Below, in pieces: positions 58,317-64,000 of a DNA stretch of 64,000 bases. The stretch is from Collinsella aerofaciens. Its GTDB lineage: Bacteria > Actinomycetota > Coriobacteriia > Coriobacteriales > Coriobacteriaceae. Location of the stretch: positions 129 through 64,128 of the forward strand of contig DBEZXT010000099.1 in assembly GCA_048291645.1 (NCBI GenBank), given 5' to 3'. The stretch's first letter is position 1, and each line of letters begins with the position of its first letter. Position numbers and translations under genes: made by a program. Under the pieces are notes generated by a model. The model worked only from the letters and a program-made list of their open reading frames with translations. It did not search any database and was not told the origin of the DNA.

Positions 58317-60865
58317 CGACGAGAACGCTTGCGCAAGACGAGAGCAATGCCAAGCACTGCGGCAGCTGCAACCAGCAATCCCAAGACCAGCGTGAGGGTC
58401 GAGTCGCCAGCGCGAGGCAGCGAGCCGTCCTTCGGAGTCTTCTTAGCGGTCGTCGTGACGGTGGTCGTGGTGCTGCTCGACTGGTCGTTGCCACCCGTCT
58501 GGCTGCCGCCAGGCTGATCGCCGCCACCCGGCTGCGAAGGATCGGTGGGTTCCGTCGGATCCGGAGTACCGGGATCAACCGGATTCTCCGAATTCTCCTT
58601 GCGCTGGATCCAGACCTGGCAACCATAGAACGGGTTGGCGGTACCAAGGCACAGACCCTGGTTGGTCACCGCAAAGGTGCGCAGACCATGGTTATACGGA
58701 TCGTTAAAGCCATTGGTCGTCAGCGTCGTAAAGTTCACGCCGTCCTCGGTCACATACATATCAAAGCCGCGCTCGGCATCGCGCAGGTAACACATGCACG
58801 TAAGGACACTCTGCAACTTCTTGAGGTTCTCCTCGCTCAGCAGCTTATCGAGCGCATCCTGAATATCGCTCGGCAGCTCGGTGCCATAGGCATCCTCGTA
58901 CTGCTGCTTAAGGCTCTCATAGCTATCGAGCATGTCCTGATACTGGTCGGCAAAGGACTTGAAGTACGCGATCTCGCCATCGATCTTCTGGACATAAGCG
59001 GCGTCGTCCTCAAAGTCCTGGGACATCGTCGCGGCCTGATCGCAAAGACCGCCCGCGGCATCCTCCAGCGCATCGCTCAGATCGCCAAAGCCCTTAGCAA
59101 CCTCGGTCTTCTCGTCATCGACATCGACGGCCTTGTTTGAATCATCAACCTCAGCAGCTTCGTTCGAATCATCGACCTCGACGGCCTCGTTTGAATCATC
59201 GTCCGCAAGCGTGTTCACGGGAACGATGGGGTCGTCAGGCGATTTCTTGTCGAGCAGGTGATCGAGCAGGTCCCTAAGGCGCTGAACCTGAGAGTCCCAC
59301 TCCTCGGGCGTCATATCGATAATGTCGCCATTGGAGAACTGGCCGATCGGCTCAAGCAGGCTCGCGGTATCAAAGGTACCGATATACAGCTTGCCGTCGA
59401 ACTTCTGCATGCGCCAAATGTACTGGTTCTCGTTTCGGCCAAAGCCCGAAGTCAGGCCGGAAATACCGCCCTCGGGGAACATGTCGGTGCGATCGCCAAC
59501 GACGAGCTCCATGTTCTCGTCCTTGTCCATGCGATAGATGTTAACCGACTGCTCAAGATTGGCATTCACAAACGAGCAGTCAACGCCACCCATGCTGCTC
59601 TTGCCGCCCTCTTCGGTGTTGGATTTGTTGAACAGGATGCGCTCGAGGGCAATCTCCTCGTCGTTGTATTCACCGATATAGAGGTAGTCGTTGTAGACGA
59701 TGAGGTTGGCAGCGCCAGAACGGGTACGGGCAGGATCGATGCCAAAGCAGTACTTTGCACAGTCCGTCTTCTGATCGCCGACAATGGGAGTCCACGAATA
59801 GCTGCCGTCGGCATTCTTGTCGCCACGGACCATGGCAAACGACTGCATGGAATTATCATCGGGAGCGTTCTCGGGCGTACCGGTGCAGATGGTCGCATAG
59901 AGATGGCCATTGTACGAGACCATATCCCAAATGGCGCCGCCGTAGATGCTGTCCTGATAGCGAATCGCCGGATAGCCAAACAGCGTCTCCGAGTTGGCAA
60001 TCTCGGTGAAGCTGTCCTGGCCCTTCGAGGGGTCAGACGACGTCAGGATTGTCGACACAAAATTACCGTTCGCGTCTTTACCCACATTACTGATGACGAG
60101 CTGGCCATCATGGACGCACATGCCGCGGATACCGGTAGAAATGCCCTGCTTGTAGGCAGCACCGTAATCCTGCATGCTCGAAAGGCCCTGATAGACAACT
60201 TTGTACTCATCCGTCTTAGGATCGATCTCGTATACAGCAGGCAGGCCGCCTTTGCCGTCATTGGTCCTGACGCTGCCGCAGAAATAGAGCTTACCCTTAT
60301 AGCTCACGGCATTGCGGAACAAAGGAGCGACGCCGTTGAGCGATTCAGAGAGTAGCAGCTTGGTCTCACCGGTCTTGGTATTGATCTTGACCAAGATGCC
60401 GCCGCTGTCCTTGTCGGCCGTGCCGTCCTCCTTCTGCTGTCCATAGAAGAAGGTACCGTTAAACATGGCCTCCAGCGTCAGGCGCATGGTTTCGACATCA
60501 AAGGAATCGCCCAGCGTGCTGTTCATGAGCGTCAGCGTGTTGCCCATCGCCGCATAGCAGGTGCCCACATAAAGCCAGTCACCATAGCTCGCAGCCGCCC
60601 AAGTGTAGCTCTGGCCGCGATCGCCTTCGTTGTTGGCCGTATTACCATCGGCGCCCGGAACGGCAACGGCACCGTTACCCTGGTAGTCGACGATGCCATC
60701 CGGCTGCGACGTTCCTACCGTAGGATGCGAGAGCTTCTCAAAGGAATACCCATTTCCCGCATTGTAGGTAACGGCACCCGATGCGTCTTCGGCGTGCGCC
60801 GGCAGCGGCGATACCAAGATAGCGGCAAGCGCTGCCACCAAGCCAAGTGTTCCCACTCGTCTCAT
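58313..60865 (-). CDS. Sortase-anchored surface protein (LPRAG motif)
   Basis: Signal peptide ending AHA, beta-propeller-like segments (YVGT, LYIG), P/T-rich stalk, LPRAG + TM + RKRSRR. Confidence 0.85.
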   Translation of the reverse strand: MRRVGTLGLVAALAAILVSPLPAHAEDASGAVTYNAGNGYSFEKLSHPTVGTSQPDGIVDYQGNGAVAVPGADGNTANNEGDRGQSYTWAAASYGDWLYVGTCYAAMGNTLTLMNSTLGDSFDVETMRLTLEAMFNGTFFYGQQKEDGTADKDSGGILVKINTKTGETKLLLSESLNGVAPLFRNAVSYKGKLYFCGSVRTNDGKGGLPAVYEIDPKTDEYKVVYQGLSSMQDYGAAYKQGISTGIRGMCVHDGQLVISNVGKDANGNFVSTILTSSDPSKGQDSFTEIANSETLFGYPAIRYQDSIYGGAIWDMVSYNGHLYATICTGTPENAPDDNSMQSFAMVRGDKNADGSYSWTPIVGDQKTDCAKYCFGIDPARTRSGAANLIVYNDYLYIGEYNDEEIALERILFNKSNTEEGGKSSMGGVDCSFVNANLEQSVNIYRMDKDENMELVVGDRTDMFPEGGISGLTSGFGRNENQYIWRMQKFDGKLYIGTFDTASLLEPIGQFSNGDIIDMTPEEWDSQVQRLRDLLDHLLDKKSPDDPIVPVNTLADDDSNEAVEVDDSNEAAEVDDSNKAVDVDDEKTEVAKGFGDLSDALEDAAGGLCDQAATMSQDFEDDAAYVQKIDGEIAYFKSFADQYQDMLDSYESLKQQYEDAYGTELPSDIQDALDKLLSEENLKKLQSVLTCMCYLRDAERGFDMYVTEDGVNFTTLTTNGFNDPYNHGLRTFAVTNQGLCLGTANPFYGCQVWIQRKENSENPVDPGTPDPTEPTDPSQPGGGDQPGGSQTGGNDQSSSTTTTVTTTAKKTPKDGSLPRAGDSTLTLVLGLLVAAAAVLGIALVLRKRSRR
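59115..59204 (-). repeat. 30-bp intragenic tandem repeat, about 3 copies (DDSNEAVEV-like)
   Basis: DDDSNEAVEV DDSNEAAEV DDSNKAVDV in translation; unit length 27-30 bp. Confidence 0.6.
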
Positions 60866-61137
60866 AAGGTTATAGCCTCCCCTGTCCTAAAGCCCAGTTT
60901 TAGCATTCTTCATTTCTGTCCACGGTTAATTGCAATCTGAGCACAGCAATAATCAGTGTATAAATATACACCTGTAATTTTTTGGACGGGTTCATAGATG
61001 CTCGATTGGTAGCGAATTCCGCGCAAACCGTCACCAAACTCCACTTTTGCCGCATCTAAAGGTTATTTTTGCGCAAATTTTTGGATGCCGATAGTCACAA
61101 TGGGCAGGAGGCTGGTACCCACCGGAGAGGGCAACGC

Positions 61138-61521
61138 CTACATTTTCATAACGTAATAGCCCGCACCCCTCACTGCCGTCTCGAGTGTGTCGCGATCAAC
61201 CGGGCGCTTCGAGCGCACGCGTGCCGTGTGGTCCGCGTACGTTACCGTAGCCCACACGCCATCAAGCGCATTGAGGGCATTCGTCACATTCCGGGCGCAG
61301 CCGTCGCAACTCATGCCGCCGATAAGGAGTTCCTCACGATAGGGGTAGTGGGACTCGTCGGTGTCTGCCACCACAACCTTTTTGGCCTTCTTGCCGCTCG
61401 CACCATCGCTGCAGCAACTCTTCCCGTGTGTCGAAGCGGCAATGCGACGCAGTCCAAAAAACATGCCGACGGCAATGACGGTCAGCACGATGAGATTCGC
61501 AGGGTTGAGCAAGTCACTCAT
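61138..61521 (-). CDS. Membrane-anchored heavy-metal-associated (CopZ-like) protein
   Basis: N-terminal TM helix, SCC, GMSCDGC metal motif. Confidence 0.85.
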   Translation of the reverse strand: MSDLLNPANLIVLTVIAVGMFFGLRRIAASTHGKSCCSDGASGKKAKKVVVADTDESHYPYREELLIGGMSCDGCARNVTNALNALDGVWATVTYADHTARVRSKRPVDRDTLETAVRGAGYYVMKM

Positions 61522-61549
61522 GCGTTCCCCTTTCAGTAGCACTATCTAG

Positions 61550-61566
61550 ATACCCCCATGGGGTGT
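61550..61566. promoter_or_regulatory. CsoR-type operator
   Basis: ATACCCC-CAT-GGGGTGT G/C-tract palindrome upstream of the HMA gene. Confidence 0.6.
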
Positions 61567-61694
61567 CCCCATCTTAACCCAAAATCATGTCCGTTCGGTC
61601 AATTAGTTTTCCTCTTCAAACTTTTTTGTTGACCATGGCTTACTTTCGTGTATAAGTTTTCCTAGGCTAACAGTTTAGATCCGTAAGGAGCGAC

Positions 61695-62399
61695 GTGACT
61701 CGAACCATAGACATCCCAACGTTTCAGGCAGCAGTCGTGCGCAACTGCTCCCCCACGCTCGCGGGCATCAAGCCGGCATCGCTCTTTACCTATCCAGGCA
61801 CCTACGCCCACGGGGACGGCTCGACCGCAACAGAAACCATCGCAGAACGCCGAGCACGCCTGCTCAACGTTATCGCCCAGTGCAACCGCGAGCTTGACCC
61901 GCTTGGCATCCACCTGAGTGTTTTGGTCTGGCGGCCCTGCGGAGCGCTCGTGTACGTGTGCCGAGCCAAAAGCCTCACCACCTATTTCGCGGACCCTTGC
62001 GCCAAAACGGCGCTCGCCTCGGAAGGCTACGACACGAGAGACCTTTCGACATGCCTTGTGCATTTGGCATCACGCATCACGCTCGCGAGTAATAACGTCG
62101 CGGAATGCGCCTGTAGCCAGACTCGATGCGCACTACCCCAGCAAGCTAGCTGCAGCAACGACTGCACCTGCGAGTTTCCGCACGAAATAGGCTACTTCCT
62201 AGGATATCCCTACGACGACGTGCACGAGTTTATCGTCCAGCGCGGCGAGAACTATAAGGTCTTTGGGGCCTGGAAGGTCTACGCAAATGTCGAGCAGGCA
62301 CTTGCGACGTTTGATGCCTACCGCGCCTGCACCCAATACTTCACCTTTGTCTATCAGCAGGGCTACAGCTTGGCGCAACTTGCCCAGGCAACCCGATAG
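61695..62399 (+). CDS. DUF3793 family protein
   Basis: CSPTLAGIKPASLF, FPHEIGYFLGYP..DV..F, G.WKVY. Confidence 0.9.
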   Translation: MTRTIDIPTFQAAVVRNCSPTLAGIKPASLFTYPGTYAHGDGSTATETIAERRARLLNVIAQCNRELDPLGIHLSVLVWRPCGALVYVCRAKSLTTYFADPCAKTALASEGYDTRDLSTCLVHLASRITLASNNVAECACSQTRCALPQQASCSNDCTCEFPHEIGYFLGYPYDDVHEFIVQRGENYKVFGAWKVYANVEQALATFDAYRACTQYFTFVYQQGYSLAQLAQATR

Positions 62400-62445
62400 A
62401 ACATAGAAGCCGTGGCAACCTGCCGCACAACTGAAAGGACTCAAC

Positions 62446-62865
62446 ATGAGCAAGATCGCCGTCGTCTACTGGAGCGGCACGGGCAACACCGAGGCCATGG
62501 CAAACCTCGTTGCCGAAGGTGCAACCGATGCCGGCGCCGAGGCAGAGGTCATCTCCTGCGCCGACTTCTCCGCAGACAAGGCCGCTGGCTATGACGCTAT
62601 CGCCTTCGGCTGCCCCGCCATGGGTTCCGAGGAGCTTGAATATGATGAGTTCCAGCCCATGTGGGATGAGGTCAAGGAGACCCTCGGCGACAAGAAGGTC
62701 GTCCTCTTTGGCTCTTATTCGTGGGCCGAGGGCGAATGGATGGACAACTGGAAGGCGGACGCCGACGAGGAGGGCGTCAACGTCGTCGATTCCGTCATCT
62801 GCTACGACGCCCCCGATGATGAGAGCGAAGCGGCCTGCCGCGCCCTTGGAGCCGAGCTCGCCTAG
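62446..62865 (+). CDS. Flavodoxin
   Basis: YWSGTGNTE.MA, GCPAMG.E.LE, FGSY.W..GEWM. Confidence 0.93.
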   Translation: MSKIAVVYWSGTGNTEAMANLVAEGATDAGAEAEVISCADFSADKAAGYDAIAFGCPAMGSEELEYDEFQPMWDEVKETLGDKKVVLFGSYSWAEGEWMDNWKADADEEGVNVVDSVICYDAPDDESEAACRALGAELA

Positions 62866-62921
62866 CGGCAATGAGCTCCGCCCGCAACGCGCATTGCAAC
62901 AAAACACATTCGCGTCCCAAC

Positions 62922-62957
62922 AAAAACGGGAGCCGGATCACATCCGGCTCCCGTTTT
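62922..62957. terminator. Bidirectional intrinsic terminator
   Basis: AAAACGGGAGCCGGAT/ATCCGGCTCCCGTTTT. Confidence 0.85.
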
Positions 62958-62982
62958 CTGCTATGTCAGTCATATAAAGCGG

Positions 62983-63735
<753 letters not shown>

Positions 63736-63747
63736 GATAGGACCTCC

Positions 63748-64000
63748 TTACAGACCGGCGATGTGATCGGCGGGCGTCGCGACAACCTGTCCGGCGCTCT
63801 TGGCGGGACGCTTCTTCTTGGTCTCGGCCGTGCCCAAAAGCCTCGCCTCAAGACCGCTCACCAAGCGAGCGAGCGGCAGGGTGATGACCAGATAGAACAG
63901 GGCGGCAACCACGTACGGTGTAATGGAGCCCGTCGTGGCCACGATGGTACGGGCGTTCATGACGATCTCGACCACGCCCACGGCCGCAAGCAGCGACGTA
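63748..64000 (-). CDS. Amino acid ABC transporter permease, 3' part (runs off the window)
   Basis: TSLLAAVGVVEI...A....PY.VAALFYLVIT..L. Confidence 0.8.
   Translation of the reverse strand, partial: TSLLAAVGVVEIVMNARTIVATTGSITPYVVAALFYLVITLPLARLVSGLEARLLGTAETKKKRPAKSAGQVVATPADHIAGL

Overview
High-GC chromosomal window from a Coriobacteriia gut actinobacterium; gene content and style suggest Collinsella (inference). Core genes include an ECF transporter, Asp racemase and D-Asp ligase, a lysine-riboswitch-controlled lysA::dapA fusion with dapB and dapH, ldh, nadE, ettA, tcdA-tatD, deoC, pgi, a Y-family polymerase with yolD, flavodoxin and a polar amino acid ABC transporter. Accessory content has five parts. 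(1) An AT-rich island (~23.9-28.0 kb) encodes DUF2087, an MFS exporter, a frameshifted B12-dependent radical SAM enzyme with two C-terminal RRE-like domains, and an unannotated 36-aa peptide ending in Cys-His; this is a candidate new RiPP system. (2) A ~3.5 kb element is integrated at the 3' end of pgi (32-bp att-like duplication) and carries a hypothetical protein, a ClpP-like protease and a soluble VirD4/TraG-like ATPase. (3) An unannotated 28-aa hydrophobic type I toxin-like gene sits behind a LexA box. (4) There is an extended fructoselysine/Amadori catabolic cluster. (5) There is a higBA pair plus several intergenic repeat families, one showing covariation between its two copies. No rRNA, tRNA, CRISPR array, integrase or transposase was recognised.
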